NCBI GenBank assembly: GCA_043821645.1
Contig: JBDRCO010000087.1
Span: 128,001 to 192,000, forward strand
Direction: 5' to 3'
Source of the DNA: Pseudomonadota bacterium
Lineage (GTDB): Bacteria > Myxococcota > JACRCW01 > JAFGSX01
DNA: 64,000 nt
The position numbers and the translations under genes are program-made. Every line of letters begins with the position of its first letter. The first letter of the stretch is position 1. The notes beneath the pieces are model-generated. The model did not search any database. It had not been told where the DNA came from and saw only the letters and a list, made by a program, of their open reading frames with translations. This document shows, in pieces, positions 19,464 to 28,784 of the stretch.

Positions 19464-22403
19464 CTACAGCGCGTAGCTCAGACTCAGGTAGAAGCTGCGG
19501 CCGGGTTGCCGCAGCGTGGTATCCGCGATGTCCTCGCCCACGGGCAGTCGATACTCCCAGTCCAGGGCATTGCGAAGGCCCGCGGCGTACTCCAGGCCCA
19601 GTGGCTGATAGCGCCCGGACAGGGTCAGATCGAGCAGGGCAATGGGTGGGAGCTGGTGATCCAGGGTGTCGCGCCGTCCGAACTCCCAGTACAGGCGGCC
19701 TGCGCCGATGAGTGCGCGCCCGGCCAGCGGGACCACTGCCTTGAGCCCGACGAGGTGCTCGGGGGAGTTGGGCAGGGTCTGCGCGCCAAGCAGATCGGTG
19801 GCCCGGGTGCGCTGGAAGGAATACTGGGCCGAGGCCAGGATGCCCTGGCTCAGCTCACGCCTCAGCTCGACCTCGGCGCCAGCCGTCCACACCGGATCCG
19901 GACTGTTGTCGTAGTAAAAAGGGTTGTTCGACACGCCCTCGCCGACCTGGGTGACCAGCTCGGTGATGTAATTGACGAACACCGCGCCGCTCAACCACAG
20001 GCGTTCCATCAGGCGCCTGTTGTACTCGAGTTCGGCGGTGATGACGGCCTCGGGCGACAGGCCAGGACTCTGGATCTGGGTCTCGCCACCATCCCAGTAG
20101 GTCAGCTCGTAGATGGACGGCGCGCGAAAGGCGCGGCCTACCATCAGCTTGATGCTGTCGTCGTCCGATGGCCTGAGCACCGCGGCCAGGCGCGGATTGA
20201 CCGAGTACAGCAAGCGTTGCTGGGACGCACTGCCCTCCGTCGTCAGGTTGGTGATCCACCAGCCATCGAAGCGCGCTCCGGCCGACAGTCGCAGCCAGCT
20301 CAGCGGGTGCAGATCGAGCACGCCATAGCCAGAACCGACGTGAAAGGGATGCTGCTCGTCGATGGCATCGCCGATCGCCGTGTTGAGAAAATGCCCCTGA
20401 TACTCTGTGCCGAGGGTCAAGCGAAGCCAGTCGAGGGGCTCGAGCTCGCCACGGATCTCCGCGCCACCCCAGGCTCCGGTGAATCGCTCCGTCAGCAGCC
20501 CGTCCTCGACCTGGTAGGGGAAGGCACCCTGGTAGGCCGCGTAATCGAGGTAGGTCCGCGCATGCAGGCGCAGCCATGACGCGAGCTCCGGCTCGTAGCG
20601 CAGGTCCAGGAAGCCTCGCTGGTCGTCCTCGTGCTCGCGCCTGTCGCCGAAGATGGTACCGAAGGCTGCGGTGGGAATCTGCTTGGCGCGGTGATTGAAG
20701 TAGCCTTGCAGGCTGAGATCCTTCCACCACCCACGCAGCAGCACGGTGCCAGCCTGGAAGTCGCCGACGCCGTGGGCGACCCCGTCCGGGGCCCAGGGTG
20801 TGCCCACGTAGGCATCGTAGGCCAGGTCGCGCGCTTGGCCGAGGGATCCGCTCGCCGCGGCCCAGAAGCCCCCTTCGTCGCCGAGGCTGTGGCCCCCATC
20901 TGCTCCGAAACCGGCACTGCCGTCACCCAGGGCGAACAGGCTGGTGCGCACCGTGTGGCGAGGTGCCGTGCGCGGCGTCACCAGGTTGAACACGCCGAGG
21001 AAGGCGTTGCTGCCGTAAAGTGCAGAACCCGGTCCGCGCACGATCTCGATGTGCTCGATGGTGCGCAGGGAGGTCATCAGGTCCTGGTCGACGAAGGAGG
21101 ATCCCACCCAGTCGCCATTCAGGGTGTGCCCGTCGAGCTGCACCAGCACGCGATTGCCGTAGCTGCCAAAGGGCTGCAGCCCGCGCACTCCGAGAGTCCG
21201 GTAGGCGCCGTCGTCGTTGGCGAACACGCTGCGTGAGCCCAGGGCCGCGTCGTACAGCGAGCTGTAGCCCATGGCATCGATCTCGGGTCGGCTGATCACG
21301 GTCACCGAGGCGGGTGCGTCCTGGATGGACTCGACGCTGCGCGAGGCTGCGGCCACCTCATCACTGGCCGCCAGGGCGATCTCGACCAGGGAGCGCGATC
21401 GCGGCGCGATGGTGACGTCCTGCTCCGCGGGGCGGTAGCCCTCGAGTTCAACACGCAGACGGTGCGTCCCTGCACGCAGGTTCTCGACCACCTCGGGGGT
21501 GAAGCCCACGGGCTGTCCGTCGAGCAGGATCAGGGCGTCGCGCTCGTCACACTGCACCACCAAGGCTCCGCGCAATTCCTCGAGCTGGATGCGCAGCGAG
21601 GTCTTCTGGTCGGCCCGCACCACCGGCGTGGCCTGCAGCGTCTCGTGCCCGTCGAGCCCGATGGCAAGCACGGCGGAACCAGGAGGCAGCGAGAGGGTCG
21701 CCGGAACCCGTCCCAGCTCCTTCCCATCTTCGGACCCGGCGCGAATCCAGGCACCCTCGGGCGCGCCCGCGATCTCGAGCGTGCCAAAGATCTGCTTCAG
21801 CTCGACGCGCACCGGTGTCTCGGTTCCCACGGCGAGCTTGACGTCCTTGACGACGACGGGCTCGAAGCCGTCGAGCTCGAGCAGGACCTGTATGGTGGCG
21901 GGTGCCAGGGCGAGATCGCGCGGTGTCGTGCCGTAGCTGCCCAGGTCGCGGCGGCCGACGTACACCGTGGCCCCGGGGGGGGTGGTCTCCACGCGCAGCA
22001 GAGCCACATGCTGGCGGACGCGTCGCATGCCCTCCGCGGCCCTGGCGCGGTCCTCGGTGGACACCCCGGACTCCGCGTACATGGAGAAGAAACGATAGGC
22101 CTCGACATACTGCTGCAGACGCTCGTAGCAGCGCGCCACGTTGAAGATCACGTTCTTGTTGGGCGCGAGTCGGTTGGAGGCCAGGTAGTGGGCGACAGCC
22201 CGTCGATACTCGCCCTGGAGGTAGGCCTCGTTGCCGAGGGTGAACAGCACCTCGGCCTCGTCGACCACTCCGGTCTCCATCTGCGCCAGGACCTCGGGGG
22301 CGCTGACCAGGAGGGTGACCCCCACCACCATGGCCCTGCACCATCCGACGGTGGTCCGGCAGCGGCGACGGCACGAGACGACGGGTTCTCTGTCCTCAGG
22401 CAC
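19464..22403 (-). CDS. TonB-dependent receptor with N-terminal TPR and PEGA domains
   Basis: TPR (FNVARCYE), three PEGA-like units, plug (DAPASVTVIS, IEIVRGPGSALYGSNA), barrel end PGRSFYLSLSYAL. GTG 22403 follows GGAGG. Confidence 0.9.
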   Translation of the reverse strand: MPEDREPVVSCRRRCRTTVGWCRAMVVGVTLLVSAPEVLAQMETGVVDEAEVLFTLGNEAYLQGEYRRAVAHYLASNRLAPNKNVIFNVARCYERLQQYVEAYRFFSMYAESGVSTEDRARAAEGMRRVRQHVALLRVETTPPGATVYVGRRDLGSYGTTPRDLALAPATIQVLLELDGFEPVVVKDVKLAVGTETPVRVELKQIFGTLEIAGAPEGAWIRAGSEDGKELGRVPATLSLPPGSAVLAIGLDGHETLQATPVVRADQKTSLRIQLEELRGALVVQCDERDALILLDGQPVGFTPEVVENLRAGTHRLRVELEGYRPAEQDVTIAPRSRSLVEIALAASDEVAAASRSVESIQDAPASVTVISRPEIDAMGYSSLYDAALGSRSVFANDDGAYRTLGVRGLQPFGSYGNRVLVQLDGHTLNGDWVGSSFVDQDLMTSLRTIEHIEIVRGPGSALYGSNAFLGVFNLVTPRTAPRHTVRTSLFALGDGSAGFGADGGHSLGDEGGFWAAASGSLGQARDLAYDAYVGTPWAPDGVAHGVGDFQAGTVLLRGWWKDLSLQGYFNHRAKQIPTAAFGTIFGDRREHEDDQRGFLDLRYEPELASWLRLHARTYLDYAAYQGAFPYQVEDGLLTERFTGAWGGAEIRGELEPLDWLRLTLGTEYQGHFLNTAIGDAIDEQHPFHVGSGYGVLDLHPLSWLRLSAGARFDGWWITNLTTEGSASQQRLLYSVNPRLAAVLRPSDDDSIKLMVGRAFRAPSIYELTYWDGGETQIQSPGLSPEAVITAELEYNRRLMERLWLSGAVFVNYITELVTQVGEGVSNNPFYYDNSPDPVWTAGAEVELRRELSQGILASAQYSFQRTRATDLLGAQTLPNSPEHLVGLKAVVPLAGRALIGAGRLYWEFGRRDTLDHQLPPIALLDLTLSGRYQPLGLEYAAGLRNALDWEYRLPVGEDIADTTLRQPGRSFYLSLSYAL

Positions 22404-22463
22404 ATGACCTCCCGTGCAGCACGCCGCTCGGACTCGGGCCGATCGAGTCAAGGGCGCGGCCTG

Positions 22464-25400
22464 TTAGGGCTGCGGGATCATCGCGGGCTGCTTGGTGCGG
22501 TAGGTGGCGTCCACGTGGCGCATCAGCTCGATGAACGCATCCTCGTACTGGCGGCCCTCGGGCAGGCCCTGGAAGTTCATGTAAAAGTTTCCGGTGTAGC
22601 AGTCGGTGGGTCCGCACTCGCCGTCGGCGAAGATCAGGATCATCTTCTGCCAGTCGCTGCGGTTCTCGGCGACCCGGTGCGGCAAGAAGGACTCCTTCAT
22701 GTTGGTGAAGAACACGATGCCCGAGATGACCAGGCCCTCGGCGTCCATGCCCTGGCCGTGCATGAAATACGCGACCGGGAAGCGCGCGTCGGGCTCGAGG
22801 TAGTAGTTGGGTGGCAGCACCAGGCCAAAGTCGAGATCGCGGCTGATGGCGGTGCTGTAGAAGCGCTCGAGGCGTGCGAAGTCCTTGATCTCGCCGCTGG
22901 GGCCGCCGAGCTGGTCGATGTCCGCATTGATGTAGCTGAAGTCGCCTCCGGGCATGCGCGCGGAGGCGAAGGTGAGCATGGTGTACAGGCGGTCCAGCAC
23001 CTGGTCGCCCGGGCCCACGTGATTACCAGAACCAAAAACCTCGTCGACACCGGGACAGACAGACGGGTCACCGTAGCGCAGGTAGGCATTCTTGCCGATG
23101 ACCGAGGGTGCGTAGTCGAGCTCGAGGAACCAGAAGCTGCTGTTCTGGCGCCAGCCCGGGACCGAGGGCTCGCCGTCGAAGGTCCGGCTCGACGGCTCAC
23201 GGGCCTTGAGGGTGCCGTACAGGTTGTTGGTGACCTGGGCCGAGTTGATGAAATCGCGCAGGCCAGCGTCCATCCACCAGTCGAGGCGGTTGAACTCGAC
23301 GTCGCTCATGGTCTGCAACTTGCGCCGCGGGCTCTGCTCGAGGGCGTGTGCCAGGTAGGGATTCTGCGAGTACAGGCCATCCCCCTCGCCGTAGTCGCCG
23401 GTGGCCGGAACCCCGTCGAGTCCGTCGTCACGGTAGGGCTCGCCGTCGTCGTAGCGGAAACTGTGCTCGGTGCCCAGCGTGTTGGCCATGTAGTCGTAGT
23501 CGTCACCGTTGGGATCGGGGTTGGTCGTGGGGTTGTAAGCGCCGCCGCCGCAGCCGCCCTGGCCGTCCTCCTGAGGTGAGGCACAGCCGTCCACCCCGAC
23601 GTCGTCGTAGCGCTCCTCGCTGTTGTCGATGACAGGCTCGCCATAGTCGCGCCGCCCGTTGCCGTTGTAGTCCACCGCCACCGAGAACTCGATGGGGATG
23701 TTGTGGGTGCTCTGGATGACGAAGCGCAGCGGTTGCTGGGGCCGTACCGAGACCGAGCCGCCAAAACCCCGCAGATGGCCGAGCTGCACGCTGCAGGTGC
23801 CCGTGCCACCATTGCACAGGGTCGAGGCGTCCACGCCGTCGACGCTGCCATTGCCGCAGCTGGGGATGCACACCGACGGGTTGCCGCTGCAGGCCCAGCC
23901 AGGATCGACGCCACACCACGGCGAGCAGCCGTCGCCCGGATTCAGGTTGCCGTCGTCACAGCGCTCGCCAGGGTTCAAGGCCCCGTTGCCGCACCGCGAG
24001 GTGGCGCAGGCCGAGGGCTGTCCGGCGCAGGTGTAACCCGGCTCCAGCGCGCACAGGTGGGTGCAGCCATCGCCGTCGGCCGTGTTGCCGTCGTCACAGA
24101 CCTCGCCGGGATCCTGGGTGCCATCACCGCAGTGCAGGACACAGGTCGAGGGCTGGCCCGTGCAGGAATACCCGGGCTCGTAGCTGCAGCCCGGAGAGCA
24201 GCCATCGCCCGCCGCGGTGTTGCCATCGTCGCAGCCCTCGCCTTCATCGACCGCACCGTCGCCACACAAGGGCGCGCACGATCCGGTGGCCGGGCAGCGA
24301 TACCCCTTCTCGACCCGGCAACCAGGGGAGCAACCATCCCCGGCCGCGGTATTTCCGTCGTCACAACGCTCGCCCGCATCGGCCGCGGCATTGCCGCAGG
24401 TGGCGGCGCAGGTCGAGGGTGCGCCCAGGCACGCGTATCCCGGCTCTATGGTGCAGTGATCCGAGCAGCCATCACCGGTGGCGGTGTTGCCGTCGTCGCA
24501 TTGCTCCGAGGGCTCCACCGCGCTGTTGCCGCAGGTATTCTGGCAGGTGGTTCCCTGGCAGGTGTACCCCGGCTCGAGCAGGCAACGCGCCGAGCAGCCG
24601 TCGCCATCGCTCTGGTTGCCGTCGTCACAGGCCTCGCCCTCGACGACGACGCGGGTTCCGCTCTCGCTGTGCGGGTGCGCTGCGCAGTGAAACTGGTAGC
24701 GTCCCGGCTCGGCAAACACCGTGGTGAAGACGCCCCCCGGCCCGAGCAGCGGACTCTCGAAGCGTCCGTCGGCGTTGTCCGCGGGTCCCGACGCCACGCG
24801 GTGCTGATCCGGCCAGAAGTCACCGGTATCGCCCTCCTCGCCGTCGCAGTAGGTGATGACCGGGTAAGACCCATCGGGATTGAACTCGAGGTTGTACAGG
24901 CCGTTGACGACGACGGGGTTGGCGCAGCGCTCGGCCCGGGCCGCGGAGCGCTCCGCCCCGGTCAGGCCCAGGGGCACCCGCCAGCTCTCGGGCACGCCCG
25001 GCGGCAGCAGCGCGTTGTCCGGGTTGTAGGTGAACACGTTGCCGTGGGCGAAGTTGAGATCATGGAAGATCTCGACCAGGCCGTTGCGGGTGAAGCCGCC
25101 GCCGCGTCCCACGTCGGGGCCGCGAAACCAGCTGTTGAAGCCCGAGGGAAAGATCTGGCACTCGGTGCCAGGGGCGGCCGGGTAATCGAGCTGCACCGGA
25201 CCACAGAAGGTGTCGGGATTCTCGGGATCGTCGACCGAATCGAGGTTGTTCAGGATCTGGCTGCGGTCGCAGAAACCGGCCATGTGGCTGTGGCGTATCA
25301 TGTGGGTGAAGAAATCGAAGTCCGAGAACGGAGTGCCCATGACCCCCACCACGTCGAACAGCTCGGGGTGGTTGGCCGCGATGCGCGAGGCCGAACCGCC

Positions 25401-25736
25401 GCCCATGCTCACCCCGGAGATGGCGCGGTAGGTCTGGCAGCGATAGCCCGTGGGGTCGGTCTGTCCGTCATAGGTGCCGGCCGGGCAGGCGCCCAGGCCC
25501 AGGCTCTCGACGTTGTGCACGCAGCTCGAGGGTTCGCCCTTGCACCACCACAGGGCCTCGGTCTGGCAGGTGGCCGAGCAGCCATCGCCCGCCGTGGTGT
25601 TGCCATCGTCGCAGGTCTCCTGGGCGCCGCGCGTGCCATTGCCACAGCGCTCGGACTCGGCGGGTGGGCAGCCGAGGCCGAAAGGGAGCACTCCCAAGCA
25701 CACCAGCATCATGGAAAAGCGCATGTTGAACCTCAT
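22464..25736 (-). CDS. Large lipoprotein: permuted alpha/beta-hydrolase (esterase) fold with Myxococcus Cys-rich (DUF4215-like) repeats
   Basis: Lipobox LGC; AISGVSMGG nucleophile elbow near the N-terminus; LPPNY..FPVAYFMHG..HVDATYRT at the C-terminus; seven CDDGN-x3-GDGC repeats. Confidence 0.75.
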   Translation of the reverse strand: MRFNMRFSMMLVCLGVLPFGLGCPPAESERCGNGTRGAQETCDDGNTTAGDGCSATCQTEALWWCKGEPSSCVHNVESLGLGACPAGTYDGQTDPTGYRCQTYRAISGVSMGGGSASRIAANHPELFDVVGVMGTPFSDFDFFTHMIRHSHMAGFCDRSQILNNLDSVDDPENPDTFCGPVQLDYPAAPGTECQIFPSGFNSWFRGPDVGRGGGFTRNGLVEIFHDLNFAHGNVFTYNPDNALLPPGVPESWRVPLGLTGAERSAARAERCANPVVVNGLYNLEFNPDGSYPVITYCDGEEGDTGDFWPDQHRVASGPADNADGRFESPLLGPGGVFTTVFAEPGRYQFHCAAHPHSESGTRVVVEGEACDDGNQSDGDGCSARCLLEPGYTCQGTTCQNTCGNSAVEPSEQCDDGNTATGDGCSDHCTIEPGYACLGAPSTCAATCGNAAADAGERCDDGNTAAGDGCSPGCRVEKGYRCPATGSCAPLCGDGAVDEGEGCDDGNTAAGDGCSPGCSYEPGYSCTGQPSTCVLHCGDGTQDPGEVCDDGNTADGDGCTHLCALEPGYTCAGQPSACATSRCGNGALNPGERCDDGNLNPGDGCSPWCGVDPGWACSGNPSVCIPSCGNGSVDGVDASTLCNGGTGTCSVQLGHLRGFGGSVSVRPQQPLRFVIQSTHNIPIEFSVAVDYNGNGRRDYGEPVIDNSEERYDDVGVDGCASPQEDGQGGCGGGAYNPTTNPDPNGDDYDYMANTLGTEHSFRYDDGEPYRDDGLDGVPATGDYGEGDGLYSQNPYLAHALEQSPRRKLQTMSDVEFNRLDWWMDAGLRDFINSAQVTNNLYGTLKAREPSSRTFDGEPSVPGWRQNSSFWFLELDYAPSVIGKNAYLRYGDPSVCPGVDEVFGSGNHVGPGDQVLDRLYTMLTFASARMPGGDFSYINADIDQLGGPSGEIKDFARLERFYSTAISRDLDFGLVLPPNYYLEPDARFPVAYFMHGQGMDAEGLVISGIVFFTNMKESFLPHRVAENRSDWQKMILIFADGECGPTDCYTGNFYMNFQGLPEGRQYEDAFIELMRHVDATYRTKQPAMIPQP
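23860..24635 (-). repeat. Six tandem Myxococcus-type Cys-rich repeats (CG[ND]..E.CDDGN...GDGC)
   Basis: Seen directly in the translation; a seventh copy lies near the N-terminus (about 25530-25650). Boundaries approximate. Confidence 0.9.
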
Positions 25737-25978
25737 GGCCCACAAGCTACCGCGTCGGCGTCGAGCTGGGCAACCGCGGCGCCGCGCCACAGGAGGGGAG
25801 ACCACGACGTGCGGGAATCTGGGGCCAGACCGGGGTGGGGGAGGGGGGGTCTGGCCAAAAAGGGAGGCCAGGGCATATAAGACAGGGCGCGAGCGATCCA
25901 TGCCGCGATGGCCAGGGCAACAACCCGGGCGATCAGGGCAGCCACCAAAGTTCATTCTCGGACACAAGGGGACGCAAC

Positions 25979-27706
25979 ATGGCAAAGATTCACGGCGGCC
26001 AGAAGAGCACCACGGCCCAGCAGAACCAGCAGCTGCGCAAGGCTGACGAACTCGGCAAGACCAAGCCCGCGGTGCAGAAGACCGAGACCAAGGGCACGCC
26101 CAAGAAGCTCGAGGCCCAGGCCAACGACGCCGCCATCGACGCCACCCGGGCCAAGGACTTCGCGTCCAGCACCCAGGGCCTCAAGACCGGCGACAACGCC
26201 CTCAACGTGCGCCTCGGCAACGCGGTTGAACAGACCCTCGACAGCGTGCTCGACAGCGTCGAGTGGTCCACGGTGTCCGTGGCCAAGAGCCTGATGAGCG
26301 ATGCCGAACTCACGGCCTTCCAGGAAGGCTCGATGTCGCCCGGGCAGCTGCTGGGGCTGCTCGCCCAGGCGCAGCAGCCCATGGCCAGCGCCGAGCTGCA
26401 GAAGCTGTATCCCGACTTCGGTGAGGTCTACGCCAGCATGACGGCCCAGGAGAAGGCCCAGTGCGACGCCGGCCAGATGACGCCGGTGAGCTTCGAGCAG
26501 GCCCAGGGCGTGATGTGGGAGAGCCATGCCGCCGACGCCGAGGCTTCGATCGAGGACCCGGGGCACGCCTCGGGCCCCCTCAAGCAGCCCGAAGACACGA
26601 AGCTTTACAAGCCCAGCGACATCCGCAACCGGGTCAAGACCGGCAAGGGCCACAATGTGATGTTCGGCGGCCAGCTCATGGACCGCGCGGTGCTGGGCAC
26701 CATGCTCGACGCCATGCAGGGCCAGGGCGACGGCCGGGTCTCGCGTGCCGACATGCACAAGGTGCTGCCCAAGATCCTCGACAGCGGCAAGATCAGCAAC
26801 GCCGAGGAAAACGCCATGCTGTTCGGGCTCAAGTACTGCCGCTTCACCAAGCCGGCGGACCGCGAGCTGGCCAAGGCCATCGGTGAGAAATTCTCGGACT
26901 CGGCCCTGGCGCGCTTCGGCAGCCTCGGCCAGCCACCGCGCTTCAAGGACTACGAGCAGTACGACATGCCCATGTTCGCCGGCCGCGAGGCCGACCTGTA
27001 CGGCGCCAAGGGCGTGATGACCCCCGAGGAGATGGGGACCTGGCAGGCCGGTGACATGACCCTGGCGCAGTTCAACAACGTGCTCAGGCGCGCCAACCAG
27101 CCCATGTCCGCCGACGCCCTGCGCGAGACCTTCGGCGCCTGGACCGCCAACGAGTCCGAGGGCGCCATGACCGACGCCGAGTTCAAGCGCTACGACGCGG
27201 GCAAGATGACGGGTGCCGAGTTCCAGAACATCCAGTACCGCGCCTGGGAGGACGAGAGCCCCTCGATGAAGGGCAAGACCCCCTACCAGGAGGACTTCAA
27301 GCCCGGCTTCAAGCCCTTCGTCGCCGACGACGTGCAGGATCCCAAGCTGCGCGGGCTCAACCAGACCCTGGTCCGCCTCAACGAGCGCCTCGACGCGGGC
27401 GACGTCGACGGCATGCTGGCCCTGTTCGATCAGAAGATCGTCAAGGAGCAGCTCAGCTTCCTGACCAGCGAAGGGCAGAGCCTGCCCGAGGCCAAGCAGC
27501 AGTTCCTGCTCGAGGCCCTGAACCTGCGCGGCGCGGTGAGCAACCTCGGCCAGGTCGAGGACATCTCGCTGGACACCTCGCGCGTCGAGCGCTTCGGCCC
27601 TGACAGCTTCAACGCCTTCGGCGTGGCCATCCTCAAGAACGGCGACACCACCTCGGCCAACGTGCTGCTCAACAACGACTACAGCCTGACCTCGGCCGTC
27701 GGCTAG
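25979..27706 (+). CDS. Hypothetical protein with low-complexity N-terminus and duplicated Met-rich domain
   Basis: ATG 25979 follows AAGGGG; strongly C/G-ending codon usage; internal duplication; no Sec signal peptide. Confidence 0.75.
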   Translation: MAKIHGGQKSTTAQQNQQLRKADELGKTKPAVQKTETKGTPKKLEAQANDAAIDATRAKDFASSTQGLKTGDNALNVRLGNAVEQTLDSVLDSVEWSTVSVAKSLMSDAELTAFQEGSMSPGQLLGLLAQAQQPMASAELQKLYPDFGEVYASMTAQEKAQCDAGQMTPVSFEQAQGVMWESHAADAEASIEDPGHASGPLKQPEDTKLYKPSDIRNRVKTGKGHNVMFGGQLMDRAVLGTMLDAMQGQGDGRVSRADMHKVLPKILDSGKISNAEENAMLFGLKYCRFTKPADRELAKAIGEKFSDSALARFGSLGQPPRFKDYEQYDMPMFAGREADLYGAKGVMTPEEMGTWQAGDMTLAQFNNVLRRANQPMSADALRETFGAWTANESEGAMTDAEFKRYDAGKMTGAEFQNIQYRAWEDESPSMKGKTPYQEDFKPGFKPFVADDVQDPKLRGLNQTLVRLNERLDAGDVDGMLALFDQKIVKEQLSFLTSEGQSLPEAKQQFLLEALNLRGAVSNLGQVEDISLDTSRVERFGPDSFNAFGVAILKNGDTTSANVLLNNDYSLTSAVG

Positions 27707-27723
27707 GCGCCGTCGCCACCTCC

Positions 27724-28665
27724 TTGTCCCTCACCACCGGCATCGAGCTCGAGCTGCTCTTGCCCCCGGGCATGACGCGGATGGATCTGCTCGAGCGGCT
27801 GCGCGCCTTCACCGGCGGTCAGGTGCAGCCCTTCGAGTTTCCGTCCAAGGTCCCGGTACCCCACCCCGCCCGCGCCGGGCTCGAGGGCGAGGCGGCCATC
27901 CAGGCGTGCCTCGCTGCCATGCAGGACATCGCCGCGCACCACCAGGCGCGCCTGCACTCTATCCGCCCCGACGGGCAGTTCTTCTACCTGTCGCATCGTT
28001 GTGGCCGCCTGGTGGATGAGCACGGCATGACCCTGCTCGAGGTGGTGCACGACAACACCCTGGCCGGTGGCGAGCGCGTGGCCGAGGTGATCACGCCGCC
28101 CCTGGCACCGGAGCAGGCGGACTGGCTTGCCGCCCTCATCGCGCAGCTGGCTGCGGTACCCGGCATCGAGGTTCCCCCGCGCGCAGCCTTGCACGTTCAC
28201 GTCGACGGAAAAGCTCTATGCGACGCCGAGACCCTGGCGCGCCTGGTCGCGCTGTATCTCGATCACGAAGCGCTGCTGCGGCGCTGGCTGCACACGCCCA
28301 CAGGTCTGCACGCCGACCGGCGCATGCCTCACGCCTTGCTGAGATCCCTGCACGCTGGCGTTGGCCAACCCTGGGAGCAGGTGCGGCCGACCCTGGCGCG
28401 GGCGCTGCCCGACAACTGCTGCGGTCTCAACCTGTACAACCTGGCTCACGACCGTCGGGACAAGCTCACCGTCGAACTCAAGCTGGCGGCGGCCAGCCTC
28501 GATCCGGCCTGGGTGCTGGCGGTGCGTGCGCTGTTCGTGGCTCTGGTCGAGCTGGCGCTGGCGTGCGATGTGGACCTGCCCCGGGATGCCGCGGCGCTGG
28601 TGCACGCCATCGACCCTGCTGACCGTATCGTGCCCGTCCTCGCTGGCGCTGCCCGCGCGCCATGA
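27724..28665 (+). CDS. Putative amidoligase (Amidoligase_2 / COOH-NH2 ligase-like)
   Basis: GIELE, EVITPPL, ALHVHVD, GLNL and TVELK motifs. Confidence 0.7.
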   Translation: MSLTTGIELELLLPPGMTRMDLLERLRAFTGGQVQPFEFPSKVPVPHPARAGLEGEAAIQACLAAMQDIAAHHQARLHSIRPDGQFFYLSHRCGRLVDEHGMTLLEVVHDNTLAGGERVAEVITPPLAPEQADWLAALIAQLAAVPGIEVPPRAALHVHVDGKALCDAETLARLVALYLDHEALLRRWLHTPTGLHADRRMPHALLRSLHAGVGQPWEQVRPTLARALPDNCCGLNLYNLAHDRRDKLTVELKLAAASLDPAWVLAVRALFVALVELALACDVDLPRDAAALVHAIDPADRIVPVLAGAARAP

Positions 28666-28784
28666 CTCCAGGCGCGTTTCGCGGTCGAAGAGCTCCAGCC
28701 AGGGATCTTCACGATCGCCGACGGGACATCTCGCGACTCATGCCTCGCGCGGTTGCAGCGGGTCGTGCACGGCAGAGCGCGCGT

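Noticed and set aside
21462-25880. Long plus-strand ORFs (705 aa and 725 aa)
   Set aside because: Antisense shadows of the TonB receptor and Cys-rich lipoprotein genes, typical of high-GC DNA, with no recognisable motifs.
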